This document shows, piece after piece, positions 10,006 to 19,586 of a DNA stretch of 64,000 nucleotides. The notes under the pieces are model-generated. The model was not told the origin of the DNA. It did not search any database and saw only the letters and a list, made by a program, of their open reading frames with translations. The stretch comes from Nitrosopumilus sp. (GTDB lineage Archaea > Thermoproteota > Nitrososphaeria > Nitrososphaerales > Nitrosopumilaceae), in contig OZ250186.1 in NCBI GenBank assembly GCA_965238275.1, forward strand, positions 32,001-96,000, read 5' to 3'. Positions within the stretch are counted from its first letter, which is position 1. Every line of letters starts with the position of its first letter. Made by a program: the position numbers and the translations under genes.

Positions 10006-10204
10006 AAATGATTATTAAACCCGTCTGATACAGGACCGCTCCCACCACAGGCATGCGGCATCAGACAGCCACCATTGGTCTGAATCCTGCATGGGGGAAT
10101 CGTGCAGGGACACGGATCGTGCTGCCTGAACGGGGCTGCAAGGAATGCTGCTGATGCTGATGGATGTCATTAGGTTTAATTACGCATGCCTGAATGACAA
10201 TTCC

Positions 10205-11122
10205 ATGATTACCATTATTGGCTCCGGAAAGGTTGGCGGAGACGCGGCAATGTTTTCTGCATTGAAGCGTCTGGATGATCAAATCCTGCTGCTGGATCTA
10301 GTCAAGGGGCTTCCGCAGGGGGAGGCCATGGACATAAACCATATGCTCTCAGAGCAGGGAATCGACGTGGAGGTAAAAGGCTCCAACGACTTTGCAGACA
10401 TGAAGGGCTCAGACATTGTAGTCGTGGTTGCAGGCTCTGGAAGAAAACCCGGAATGACAAGAATGGATCTGCTAAAGATTAACGCATCGGTGGTAAGGAG
10501 CGTGGTAGGCGAGATCAAAAGGCATGCACAGGACGCCATGATAATCCCGGTGACCAACCCCTTGGACCCAATGGCATACATTGCATACAAGAATTCCGGA
10601 CTCGACAGGAGCAGGGTGATTGGAATGGGCGGAATGCTTGACCTGTCCAGATTCAAGCAGTTCATACACGAGGCCACAGGATACTCCCGCGACTCCATAA
10701 GGGCGCTGGTAATAGGGGAACACGGCGAGAACATGCTTCCCCTGCCAAGGTTCTCATCAGTGTCAGGAATTCCGCTCTCAGACATACTCTCAAAAGAGGA
10801 GATGGACGGCCTGGTCCTCGATACAAGGCAGGTTGCAGCAGAGGTCATATCACTCAAGGGCGCCACGGTGCACGCTCCGGGAAACGCCATATCCACCATA
10901 ATCGAGTCAGTCAAAAATGACGCAAGGCGGGTAATTCCGGTTGCAGCATACCTTGACGGAGAGTACGGCCACTCGGATGTCACAATCGGGGTGCCGGCAG
11001 TAATAGGAAGGGACGGCATCAACAAGATTATCGAGCTTGACCTGAATGACGAGGAGAGGCGGGTCTTTGATAACGGGGTCGGGAGCGTCAAGGACGCCAT
11101 CCAGGCAGTAGTAGGAGACTAA
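10205..11122 (+). CDS. mdh: Malate dehydrogenase (LDH-like)
   Basis: [11 protein letters not shown] Rossmann motif, [27 protein letters not shown]. Confidence 0.95.
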   Translation: MITIIGSGKVGGDAAMFSALKRLDDQILLLDLVKGLPQGEAMDINHMLSEQGIDVEVKGSNDFADMKGSDIVVVVAGSGRKPGMTRMDLLKINASVVRSVVGEIKRHAQDAMIIPVTNPLDPMAYIAYKNSGLDRSRVIGMGGMLDLSRFKQFIHEATGYSRDSIRALVIGEHGENMLPLPRFSSVSGIPLSDILSKEEMDGLVLDTRQVAAEVISLKGATVHAPGNAISTIIESVKNDARRVIPVAAYLDGEYGHSDVTIGVPAVIGRDGINKIIELDLNDEERRVFDNGVGSVKDAIQAVVGD

Positions 11123-11155
11123 GCCTTTTTTTACCAATACAGGACAAGACCAACG

Positions 11156-11965
11156 TTGGATCTGTACGAGATTCTTGAATCACTCAAGGCGGGAAACATG
11201 TCAGTGGACGAGGCAGTCAGGATGATCTCGCTGCACTCCATAGAAGAGATCGAGGGGTTTGCAAAGATCGACATAGGCAGACAGGCCAGGAGAGGCGTCC
11301 CGGAGGTGATCCTTGCAGAGACAAAGGAGCCGGACCAGACAGAGGAGATCATCAGGAGGACCCTGGAAAAGACCGACTCGGTACTGGTATCAAGGATTAG
11401 GAAGGAGGATCGCCCAAGGATCATCGCGCTGGCAGAGGAGCTCAAGGTCATGACAAACATCGGAAGAAGCTCGTCTGCCATACTGCTATTCAAGAGGCCC
11501 ATAATGCCCGGCAACGGAAAGGTCGGAATAATCACTGCAGGTACTTCTGACATCGGGGTTGCAGAGGAGTCCAGGCTCATGTGCGAGGCAATGGGGTGCA
11601 GGTACATTACAAGCTATGACGTGGGGGTTGCAGGAATCCAGAGGATCTTTCCGGTCCTCAAAGAGATGGTCAGGGAGGACGTGGACTGCATCATAGTGGC
11701 TGCAGGAATGGAAGGCGCGCTGGCCACGCTTGTCTCGTCCATGGTGGACATACCTGTTATCGGGGTTCCGACCTCCGTGGGATACGGATACGGCCAGAAG
11801 GGGATGGCTGCCCTGGCCTCGATGCTTCAAAGCTGCTCATCAGGGCTGTCCGTGGTAAACATAGACAACGGAATTGCAGCAGGCGGAATAGCTGCAAACA
11901 TTGCAAACAGGGCCGCAAGAAGAGGCACAAGACAAGAAGAGGGGGACGGGACCGATGCACCGTAG
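11156..11965 (+). CDS. larB: NAAD carboxylase/hydrolase LarB
   Basis: RRGVPEVI, TAGTSD, DVGVAG, AGMEGAL, VPTSVGYG, VVNIDNG. Confidence 0.95.
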   Translation: MDLYEILESLKAGNMSVDEAVRMISLHSIEEIEGFAKIDIGRQARRGVPEVILAETKEPDQTEEIIRRTLEKTDSVLVSRIRKEDRPRIIALAEELKVMTNIGRSSSAILLFKRPIMPGNGKVGIITAGTSDIGVAEESRLMCEAMGCRYITSYDVGVAGIQRIFPVLKEMVREDVDCIIVAAGMEGALATLVSSMVDIPVIGVPTSVGYGYGQKGMAALASMLQSCSSGLSVVNIDNGIAAGGIAANIANRAARRGTRQEEGDGTDAP

Positions 11966-12172
11966 TAACAGGCATGGGGGCATTCTGCACTGCACGCACA
12001 TTGTCTGACCGGACTGCCTCAAGGACGTCCGTACATCATTTGCATCCCGTCCCGTTCCACGCAACAGTGTGTTTTTGAGCGGATTGGCATCCGGATTCAC
12101 AGGCGTGGAGGAACCGCCGGGATTCCGGCATCCTCGTAAATGATATATATCATCTTCAACGAATTGTGATAG

Positions 12173-13753
12173 TTGTCTGGAAAACGCATCGTTCTTACTG
12201 CTGATCGTAGTCTCATGACAAACTACCGCGGAAACTTTCTGTACGGATTTATCGCATGCGGCCCATACGAGGTTCTCCCGGAATGGGTCTTTGACAAGGT
12301 CTTCTGCCCATCAGTCGAGACAGACAAGGTCACCGGCCAGGTCAAGGTCGCCCAGGTGGGACTGAGAAGGGTGGAGAGCTCGCTGATTCAGGGAGGATAC
12401 AAGAGGGAGGACGTCTTTATGGCACACCCCGAGATGCTGCACAAGTCAGTGGGGCCAGACACCAAGGTTCTTGGAATCAACGTCATGGATCCGCTTGGAA
12501 TGGCTCCGGTTACCACCACGATGTCCCCGGAGAAGCTCTCCTATGTCGCAATGAAGTTCAAGAAGATGTGTGCCGAGATCATCCAGCTGAAGAAAAAGTA
12601 CGACTTCAAGGTGGTGGTAGGAGGGAACGGCGCATGGGAGCTTGCAAAGTCAGACAGGATGAAGATTCACGGGATTGACACGGTAGTCGTAGGGGAGGCC
12701 GACGAGCTTGCAGTGGATCTGTTTCAGGATCTGGAAAAAGACGATGCCCCCGAGCTCATGCACTGCTTTGTAAGAAATCTTGAAAACATACCCACAATCG
12801 AGGGCCCCACAATCAATTCGCTTATCGAGGCGATGAGGGGCTGCGGGAGGGGATGCGACTTTTGTGATGTAAACAAGAGATCAAAGAAGGATCTCCCGCT
12901 GGACAGGCTGCAGCACGAGGCCAAGATCAACCTTGATTACGGATTTGACTCAATCTGGCTGCACTCAGACGAGATGCTGCTTTATGGATGCGACAACAGG
13001 GACTTTATTCCAAACCGGGACGCAATAACTGACCTGTGGAAGGGACTCAAGTCGCTCGGGGCAAACTTTATCGGAACCACCCACATGACGTTTTCGGCAG
13101 TTGCAGCAGACCCCACCCTGATGCACGATATCGCACACATCAACAAACAGCACGAGACGGGAAGATGGCTTGCAACCAACCTCGGAATAGAGACAGTCTC
13201 CCCTGCAATGGTAAAGAAGCATCTTGGAGTCAAGACAAGGCCGTTTTCTCCAGACGAATGGGGGAGCGTTGTAAGGGAGGGGGCAAACATTCTCAACAAA
13301 AACCACTGGTTTCCGGCAGCCACCATAATCATAGGCTGGCCTGACGAGACTCCAGACGACATCCAGTACACCATAGACATGATGAGAGACTTTAGGGAGA
13401 TGGACTTTAGGGGGCTTGTCGCTCCGCTGCTCTATCAGGACTTTAGCGAGAAGAATTCGATGCACTTTGGAAACCTCAACGGGGCACAGTTTACGCTGTT
13501 TTGGAAGTGCTGGGAGAACAACCTGAGGGTAATCAACGACATCATTCCAATCATCCTCAGAAACAAGACGTACGGGCCCCCAATGAAGGTATTCATGTAT
13601 GGGATCCTCAAGGCAGGCACATGGGCGATAATGAGATACCTCAGGGGCCTGTGCAAGGATCTCTTCAACGGCAGAACCCCTGATGAGATTGTCAACAAGT
13701 ACGCAAGGAGCCTCTCCGTATCTGCGCCCAAAATCCAGACAAAGAAATTATAG
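12173..13753 (+). CDS. Radical SAM protein (B12-binding-like N-terminal domain)
   Basis: RGCGRGCDFC (CxxxCxxC); N-terminal IVLTADRSLM and GGNGAW motifs seen in archaeal radical SAM proteins. Confidence 0.88.
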   Translation: MSGKRIVLTADRSLMTNYRGNFLYGFIACGPYEVLPEWVFDKVFCPSVETDKVTGQVKVAQVGLRRVESSLIQGGYKREDVFMAHPEMLHKSVGPDTKVLGINVMDPLGMAPVTTTMSPEKLSYVAMKFKKMCAEIIQLKKKYDFKVVVGGNGAWELAKSDRMKIHGIDTVVVGEADELAVDLFQDLEKDDAPELMHCFVRNLENIPTIEGPTINSLIEAMRGCGRGCDFCDVNKRSKKDLPLDRLQHEAKINLDYGFDSIWLHSDEMLLYGCDNRDFIPNRDAITDLWKGLKSLGANFIGTTHMTFSAVAADPTLMHDIAHINKQHETGRWLATNLGIETVSPAMVKKHLGVKTRPFSPDEWGSVVREGANILNKNHWFPAATIIIGWPDETPDDIQYTIDMMRDFREMDFRGLVAPLLYQDFSEKNSMHFGNLNGAQFTLFWKCWENNLRVINDIIPIILRNKTYGPPMKVFMYGILKAGTWAIMRYLRGLCKDLFNGRTPDEIVNKYARSLSVSAPKIQTKKL

Positions 13754-14071
13754 GCTGGCCAGTGCCGCGTCTGCTATCGTGTTTCGTTTCGGAGTCAGGC
13801 ACACAAAATAGATCTTGTCTGCACGCTCGATTGAGGTGACCTTCTTGTAGGATTTTGTGGATACGGAAAACTCGTATATTCCGGGCTCAAGGGAGCCGCT
13901 TGCATATATCATCAGATAGGTATCCACGGTGGAAGAGCTGATCGGGATAAACGACATGACGTATCCCTTGTATGAGTTGATTGGCATCGTATTCTTCATT
14001 GGCGGTGCGGCCGAGGCCATGTACATAAAGATGTCCTCAAGTGTTTCAAATTCCTCGTATTCAATATGCAT
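13748..14071 (-). CDS. Hypothetical protein
   Basis: MHIEYEEFETLEDIFMYMAS... has a plausible protein composition and an AT-rich promoter at ~14093-14100. The upstream extension in the ORF track lies inside IS66. Confidence 0.7.
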   Translation of the reverse strand: MHIEYEEFETLEDIFMYMASAAPPMKNTMPINSYKGYVMSFIPISSSTVDTYLMIYASGSLEPGIYEFSVSTKSYKKVTSIERADKIYFVCLTPKRNTIADAALASL

Positions 14072-14106
14072 GGTATGCGATAAGCGGTCTGAATATAATA
14101 ACCTAG

Positions 14107-15886
14107 GTAACAGTTTCGCTTTTTGAAGTGGCCTGCCTAACAGTGGAGCGGGTGCAGCCTTTCCCTTACCGTGAAATCTTTTTTCCCGTGATGCACCGCG
14201 CGTGTCGTAAGACGATGCCTCAACTGTCTCCAGAGGACGAGTGGACCAAGTGATTAAAGAAGCTGTTTCCGCTGATCCTGTCAGTTGCCAGCAGCGTGAA
14301 CAGGATCGAGTTGGCATCCATGCCCTTCTGGGAGCGGTTTCCGCCCCCGTCGCTCCTTATGGCCACGAACCTCCGGTTGACCCTCTCCACTGCGTTGTTG
14401 TCAGGCTCGATGCCGTCCACGTGCAGGCAGGTGGTCATAAAGTATCCCTCCCGGGGGTTCCTCTTCTTGTGTCTGGCGATGGTGCCGTGCCCATCGTCTG
14501 CAAACGGTTCGTTCATCAGCCCGCGCAGCTCCGCGTCTATGCAGTGGGCCGCGACGATCCTCGTGTGCCCGTCTTTGATCCTGGATGCGCGATAAATCTT
14601 ATCGTGGATTGCCGACAGCCTGTCCAGAAACTTTGGAACGTCACCTTTGGGGTTGGTCAGGACGTCCTTTTGCACCAGGCGTTCCTGATGCCACACGCAC
14701 ATCTGGCGGCACGATCCCACGTGGAGCCATCCTGCATACGAGTCCTGCGTTATGGTTCCGCCGTAGTCCGGGAGTGTGTGGCAAAGCGTCTTGATGTCCC
14801 GAGAGCCGGTCACCTCCACGAGGCAGGCGTCTTTTGCCAGGGCCACTATCCCGTAGCCGCGTTTGCCGCCCAACGGCCAGTGGAATTCGTCTGCGTTCAG
14901 GTGTGGCGCCTCTAACACGCGCTTTCTTACAGAATCACGCTCCGGTGCCATGCGCTCTGCCTGCCTGATCTTGCCGCGGTATGCAGACGGGCGCGAGATT
15001 TTGTGCCCCCACGCGTCACTGCCAAATTCTGCGGCCCTGGCATGCGACAAACCGTTCATGTTCAGGGACGTCATGGCCGCATCAAAGTTTGATGAACGGC
15101 GCGCGTGTTTTGCCACGCCGGGAACCCTTCCAGAGACCTGTTTTTTGCACCCGCGGCACCAGCGCCGCTTGATGACGTACCTGACGTTTTCCAGTATGAC
15201 GCGCATGACAGTCACGATGCGATCGTACCTGTCAGTCACGTCCGAAAGATTGTCGTTGCCACAGTCGGGACATTCCTTGCAGTCGATCTCCTCGACGCGG
15301 TCGACGCGTTTTGGCCTGCAGTTGATGGTGGGTTTTTGCCCCTTGGGCCTGCCGGCCTTCCTTGGGCCTGCCTTTTTCTTGGCCACGGTGGGGATGTTGA
15401 TCCTGTTGGCCTTGGCGTTAAGCTCCCTGTTGGCCTTGGCGTACCTCTTGTTGTCCTCTGTGAGGGATGAGACGAGTGCCTGCAGTCCCTCGATCTCCTT
15501 GCAGCCGGTACATGGTCTGCCTGCAACTTCGGCAGCAGCAGCAGCAGCAGCCTTCGGGATCTTGCCTGCCAAACCGATCGTATCGCCAAGCACCCTTGCC
15601 CAGAACCGGCAGCACCTGCATCCTGATTTCATGCACGCCCCTGCATCCGGTGGGATTTGTGGTAAGGGCAAGGAGGGCTCGTGCGTTGCCTTAAATTCTT
15701 CCACCTCCAAGCATGTCTGGCGTGCCGATTCCTTCATTTGCAATTCTCGAAGGGATTGGCACCCACTCATATTTGGATCGCGACGGCCTAACTTTGTCGT
15801 CCCGAGCACGAAATCATTAGATTCATTCCCGGCACCATGGATGTCCGCTAGGCCATCGGGGGCACTTCAAAAAGCGAAACAATTAC
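14107..15886 (-). mobile_element. IS66-family element (single-ORF type), complete
   Basis: 24-bp TIRs gtaacagtttcgctttttgaagtg / cacttcaaaaagcgaaacaattac (22/24) and an 8-bp TSD TAACCTAG at 14099-14106 and 15887-15894. Confidence 0.93.
14220..15809 (-). CDS. tnpC: IS66-family transposase
   Basis: Coiled coil, GRPKG, CPDCG...CRGC zinc finger, LNADE, TQDSY, QMCVWH, DNNAVER motifs; start uncertain. Confidence 0.9.
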   Translation of the reverse strand: MLGTTKLGRRDPNMSGCQSLRELQMKESARQTCLEVEEFKATHEPSLPLPQIPPDAGACMKSGCRCCRFWARVLGDTIGLAGKIPKAAAAAAAEVAGRPCTGCKEIEGLQALVSSLTEDNKRYAKANRELNAKANRINIPTVAKKKAGPRKAGRPKGQKPTINCRPKRVDRVEEIDCKECPDCGNDNLSDVTDRYDRIVTVMRVILENVRYVIKRRWCRGCKKQVSGRVPGVAKHARRSSNFDAAMTSLNMNGLSHARAAEFGSDAWGHKISRPSAYRGKIRQAERMAPERDSVRKRVLEAPHLNADEFHWPLGGKRGYGIVALAKDACLVEVTGSRDIKTLCHTLPDYGGTITQDSYAGWLHVGSCRQMCVWHQERLVQKDVLTNPKGDVPKFLDRLSAIHDKIYRASRIKDGHTRIVAAHCIDAELRGLMNEPFADDGHGTIARHKKRNPREGYFMTTCLHVDGIEPDNNAVERVNRRFVAIRSDGGGNRSQKGMDANSILFTLLATDRISGNSFFNHLVHSSSGDS

Positions 15887-16110
15887 TAACCTAGGGCGTA
15901 TTTGCCCGCCGGCATGTCCTGAGTCCCACCCCATGAATCTACATGCGGCGCAGGCATCATTCCTCCCGACAGACCCAGTGCAGTCTCTTCCCCCCCCCCG
16001 TGTCTGCTCCCCTTCGGTCATGGGTGTGGGACACGGCATGTCTAGAAACGGTGCAAGGGCCAGGCAGGCGTCATGCAGAATAATCGTTCACGCGCAGAAG
16101 GCTGCCTGAT

Positions 16111-17118
16111 TTACAGCCTAGATCTTACCTTCTTGTGAATAGTAAATCCCACCATCGCAGGTGCTGCAACATACATGGCCAGATTCAGCGCAATCACAGA
16201 TATGCCCAGTCCCAGCACTTGGGCCTCAGAGCCGCCGTCGGCAAGAGTCATGATTGACAGCGTGGAGACCATCGGAGTGATAAACGCCCGAACCGCATCC
16301 CGGAAGAGCGGGTTCTCTCTTTCCAAGTCAGCTATGGTTGGCGAGAAGGAATAGTACAACTGGTTGAAACCCGCCATGAATGATGCGCCAGAGGCAGTAC
16401 CCATCACGGTGTTATCCCTTATCTCCCTCAGGATCTGAACCTGTGGTGCAAGTTCGGTGCCGTACGCTGCAGTCGCAATCAGGCATCCGCCGGGAGGATC
16501 ATCATCTGGAATTTTTTCACAGACTCCATCTACAAGTTGAGTGCCGGTTCCGCATATGTTCTCTGGTGGTGGTGGGGGTGGTGGGGGAGGTGGAGGTGGG
16601 GGAGGTGGCGGAGTTGGTTCTGGGTCTGGGTCAGTCACAGGCGGGGGTGCAACCACTGGTGGCTCTGGCGGGGGTGCAACCACTGGTGGCTCTGGCGGGG
16701 GTGCAACCTTTGTTGGGGGAGGTGGCTGGTCGGATGCAGAGTATGCAATTGTCGCCTCACCGGCAGCTGCGCGGCCAAATGTTACCAAAATTTGATAATC
16801 GCCACTCTTCCATTTGTCGCCTTGTGCGACAAGGCGGTCTGTAAAGGTGCCGTCAGATTCCAGCTCGGTCTGCGCAATATGTACAAGATTATTGGTGTCG
16901 ACGTTCCTTATCTGAATGGTAATAGCATCGCCTCTATCATTGTCACTATCTTTAATGGAACCGCTAATTACAATCGTATCACCTGTACCGTACCCAGACG
17001 AGTCGGTGGTGACTGTCAGAGGCGGGATGTCGTGTTCGTCAGCAAGCACTCCCACGGGGATACCGTATGAAAGTATCGACACGGCCAACAATACAACGAA
17101 AAACATGCCGGACTTCAT
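16111..17118 (-). CDS. CFI-box-CTERM surface protein with proline-rich linker
   Basis: Signal peptide, Ig-like domain, poly-Pro linker with 27-bp repeats, CGTGTQLVDGVC, GGCLIATAAYGTELAPQVQILREIRD, C-terminal TM. Confidence 0.92.
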   Translation of the reverse strand: MKSGMFFVVLLAVSILSYGIPVGVLADEHDIPPLTVTTDSSGYGTGDTIVISGSIKDSDNDRGDAITIQIRNVDTNNLVHIAQTELESDGTFTDRLVAQGDKWKSGDYQILVTFGRAAAGEATIAYSASDQPPPPTKVAPPPEPPVVAPPPEPPVVAPPPVTDPDPEPTPPPPPPPPPPPPPPPPENICGTGTQLVDGVCEKIPDDDPPGGCLIATAAYGTELAPQVQILREIRDNTVMGTASGASFMAGFNQLYYSFSPTIADLERENPLFRDAVRAFITPMVSTLSIMTLADGGSEAQVLGLGISVIALNLAMYVAAPAMVGFTIHKKVRSRL

Positions 17119-17173
17119 CTTGGAATTACTGACGCTACGAGGTTATTTATGTATTTAATGGGTCGGTTCACGC

Positions 17174-18229
17174 TGTATTGTAACGAAATTATGTCCGCCC
17201 CCCTTTGGTGGCTGTTTATCCATGGACATCCGCCTCCATCCAGTTTGGGTTGGTAGCTCTTGTGGATTCGTCTGCTGCCTTGTCATGGAACGCCTTGAGA
17301 GGCGTCTGGCAATTATCTATGTCAAGTGACCAGTGCAATCGTCTCTCGTTGTAGAATGTGATGAAATCTTCCAAGCTGTCGTGCCGTCCTACCTCGTCCT
17401 CAATGGTTCGGTGGAACCGCTCTAGCTTGCCGTTGGTCTGGGGGTGGTATGGCCTGGAGTTGATTAGGTGTATGTCAAGATCCAACAGCTCGTTTTCAAA
17501 GATGGTGGGTCTCCAGGATCCCTTTGGCGTGCCCCTTCGAACTCCCACAAAACACGAACCGTTATCGGACAGGATGGATGACGGGACGCCAAATGCTTGG
17601 ACGGCCTGCCTGAGCACCTGCACGGCGTTCTGGCCGGTAGCCTCATCAAACAGGCCAAACCCTGTCACGCATCTTGAGGCGTCGTCCAAGTACGTGATCA
17701 GGTTCAGATCCTTCATGCGGTAGTCTTTCATCACGTGCCAGTCCGTGTGCCACATGGAGTTTGAGTGAAGGCGTTCGTACCTTACCCACTTGCGTTTCTT
17801 TGATTTGGTGGGGCACGGTTCCACCAACCCGTGTTCCTTCATCACCTTGTATACGGTCCGCCCGCTTATGTTTTGATGCCTCAGTGCCTTGGCAACACGT
17901 CCCACACCAGCACCCTCGTTCCCATACGCATCCAGCACCCGCCTGACATCCTCATCGGATATCTTGGCAGCTGGTCTGCCTGCGCTCTTGATGACAGGTA
18001 ATGATCCTGTCGCCTCGTACAGGGACCAGAGGCGGCGCACATGACGGGTGCTTATCCCCACACCGTCTGCTATCTTTGTGTTGGATGTCCCTTTCTTCTT
18101 CTCGCGGATGACGTACTTGATTTTGGCATCATCAAGTTTGGTCGGCATTGGTCGTCCTGATCGGTGCAGCCTAATGAAGTCATGCAGGGTGCGTCGAAGA
18201 ATAGGTGGACATAATTTCGTTACAATACA
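17174..18229 (-). mobile_element. IS481-family element A, complete
   Basis: TIRs tgtattgtaacgaaattatgtcc / ggacataatttcgttacaataca; 15-bp TSD TGGGTCGGTTCACGC (17159-17173, 18230-18244). Confidence 0.92.
17216..18148 (-). CDS. IS481-family transposase
   Basis: N-terminal HTH; WHTDW, LDDASR, LSDNG, HPQTNGKLERFH rve/DDE core. Confidence 0.93.
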   Translation of the reverse strand: MPTKLDDAKIKYVIREKKKGTSNTKIADGVGISTRHVRRLWSLYEATGSLPVIKSAGRPAAKISDEDVRRVLDAYGNEGAGVGRVAKALRHQNISGRTVYKVMKEHGLVEPCPTKSKKRKWVRYERLHSNSMWHTDWHVMKDYRMKDLNLITYLDDASRCVTGFGLFDEATGQNAVQVLRQAVQAFGVPSSILSDNGSCFVGVRRGTPKGSWRPTIFENELLDLDIHLINSRPYHPQTNGKLERFHRTIEDEVGRHDSLEDFITFYNERRLHWSLDIDNCQTPLKAFHDKAADESTRATNPNWMEADVHG

Positions 18230-18246
18230 TGGGTCGGTTCACGCCC

Positions 18247-19320
18247 TCTATTGTACCGAAATTAGGTCGTCCTAATTTTAGACGTACTGCAAAGGAATAC
18301 TTTGTCCTTTATCGGTCAAGAAAACCGTTGATAAAACGCCTGACTGCAAAGACAATCAGATACGCAGTCACACAGTGCAGGAAAGGCCAAAAGACGTCCC
18401 AGATTGCCAAAGAGATAGGAGTCTCACAAAGGCACGTTCAGCGACTGTACGCCCGGTTCTGCAGGACAGAATCCCACCACGTTCCAATGCCAGCGGGAAG
18501 AAAGCCCATACGGGCCACCGAAGACGAGATACGGCGGGTTCTGGACATGCACGCACGGGAACCGGTAGGCGTGCTGCGCACGGTAGGAAATCTCAAAACA
18601 GACTGCGATATAAGCTACAGACGGGCATACAGGATCATGAAAGAGCATGGTTTGGTAACGCCCTCGGCTGCAAAGTCAAAGAAGAGAAAGTGGGTCCGTT
18701 TTGAGAGGAAATACTCGAACGCAATGTGGCATGTGGACTGGCACGTCATGAAGGATCCGCGCTTCAGGGGCCTCAACCTGATAACGTACCTGGATGACTC
18801 ATCCAGATGCATAGCAGCAGCACAGATGTTCACCGAGGCCACCTCTGAGAACGCGGTGGCCGTGCTGCGAAAGGCGATCGAGACGTTTGGAACACCTGCC
18901 ACCATACTGTCTGACAACGGCTCATGCTTTGTAGGCGCGGCAGGCAGGCACAAGAAAGGAAAAGATGGCCGGAGAAGGAAGGCAGCTGCAGGATCATGGC
19001 AGCCCACCGCCTTTGAGGCCGAGCTGCTGGACCGCGGAATTGAACTGATAAACACCCGGCCGTACCATCCACAGACCAACGGAAAGCTGGAGCGGTTCCA
19101 CCGCAGCATAGAGGAAGAGATTTACCATTACGAGTCGCTGTCCGACTATGTCCAATACTATAATGAGCGAAGGCTGCACTTTTCACTTGACATGGCAAAC
19201 CGTGAGACACCGCTCAGAGCGTTTTCCGCAAGAAAGGCCACAGATGAGATCAGAAAAGACAACCCCCAATGGATGGAGGTAGACACTGATGAGTAGGCGA
19301 CATTATTTCGGTATACTACA
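18247..19320 (+). mobile_element. IS481-family element B
   Basis: Imperfect TIRs tctattgtaccgaaattaggtcg / cgacattatttcggtatactaca; 15-bp TSD GGTCGGTTCACGCCC (18232-18246, 19321-19335). Confidence 0.9.
18328..19296 (+). CDS. IS481-family transposase
   Basis: WHVDW, LDDSSR, LSDNG, HPQTNGKLERFH; paralog of 17216..18148. Start taken at TTG 18328. Confidence 0.9.
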   Translation: MIKRLTAKTIRYAVTQCRKGQKTSQIAKEIGVSQRHVQRLYARFCRTESHHVPMPAGRKPIRATEDEIRRVLDMHAREPVGVLRTVGNLKTDCDISYRRAYRIMKEHGLVTPSAAKSKKRKWVRFERKYSNAMWHVDWHVMKDPRFRGLNLITYLDDSSRCIAAAQMFTEATSENAVAVLRKAIETFGTPATILSDNGSCFVGAAGRHKKGKDGRRRKAAAGSWQPTAFEAELLDRGIELINTRPYHPQTNGKLERFHRSIEEEIYHYESLSDYVQYYNERRLHFSLDMANRETPLRAFSARKATDEIRKDNPQWMEVDTDE

Positions 19321-19586
19321 GGTCGGTTCACGCCCGGATCCGTGCCTGAAAATTGACCAGAACACGTATCTGTTCATACCGTTACAAGCTGAATCGTAGT
19401 GCTCTAAAACCACCCCATTGAAGAATCCTAGCACGTGCGAGAAGACCAGAAAGACATGGGTTGGGCGTGTTCAAATTGGGACGAGCCCACATTGGCCGTA
19501 GTCATGTGGGATTACCGGTTTTGAAGGATGCGGGCCGGTCCTGCCGGCTGCATCAGGCAGGAGATGCCGGCTGCATGAGGGACAGA

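Noticed and set aside
17159-19335. Triple 13-15-bp repeat as a CRISPR array
   Set aside because: The 'spacers' are ~1.06-kb IS elements with TIRs, so the repeats are target-site duplications. No cas genes are present.
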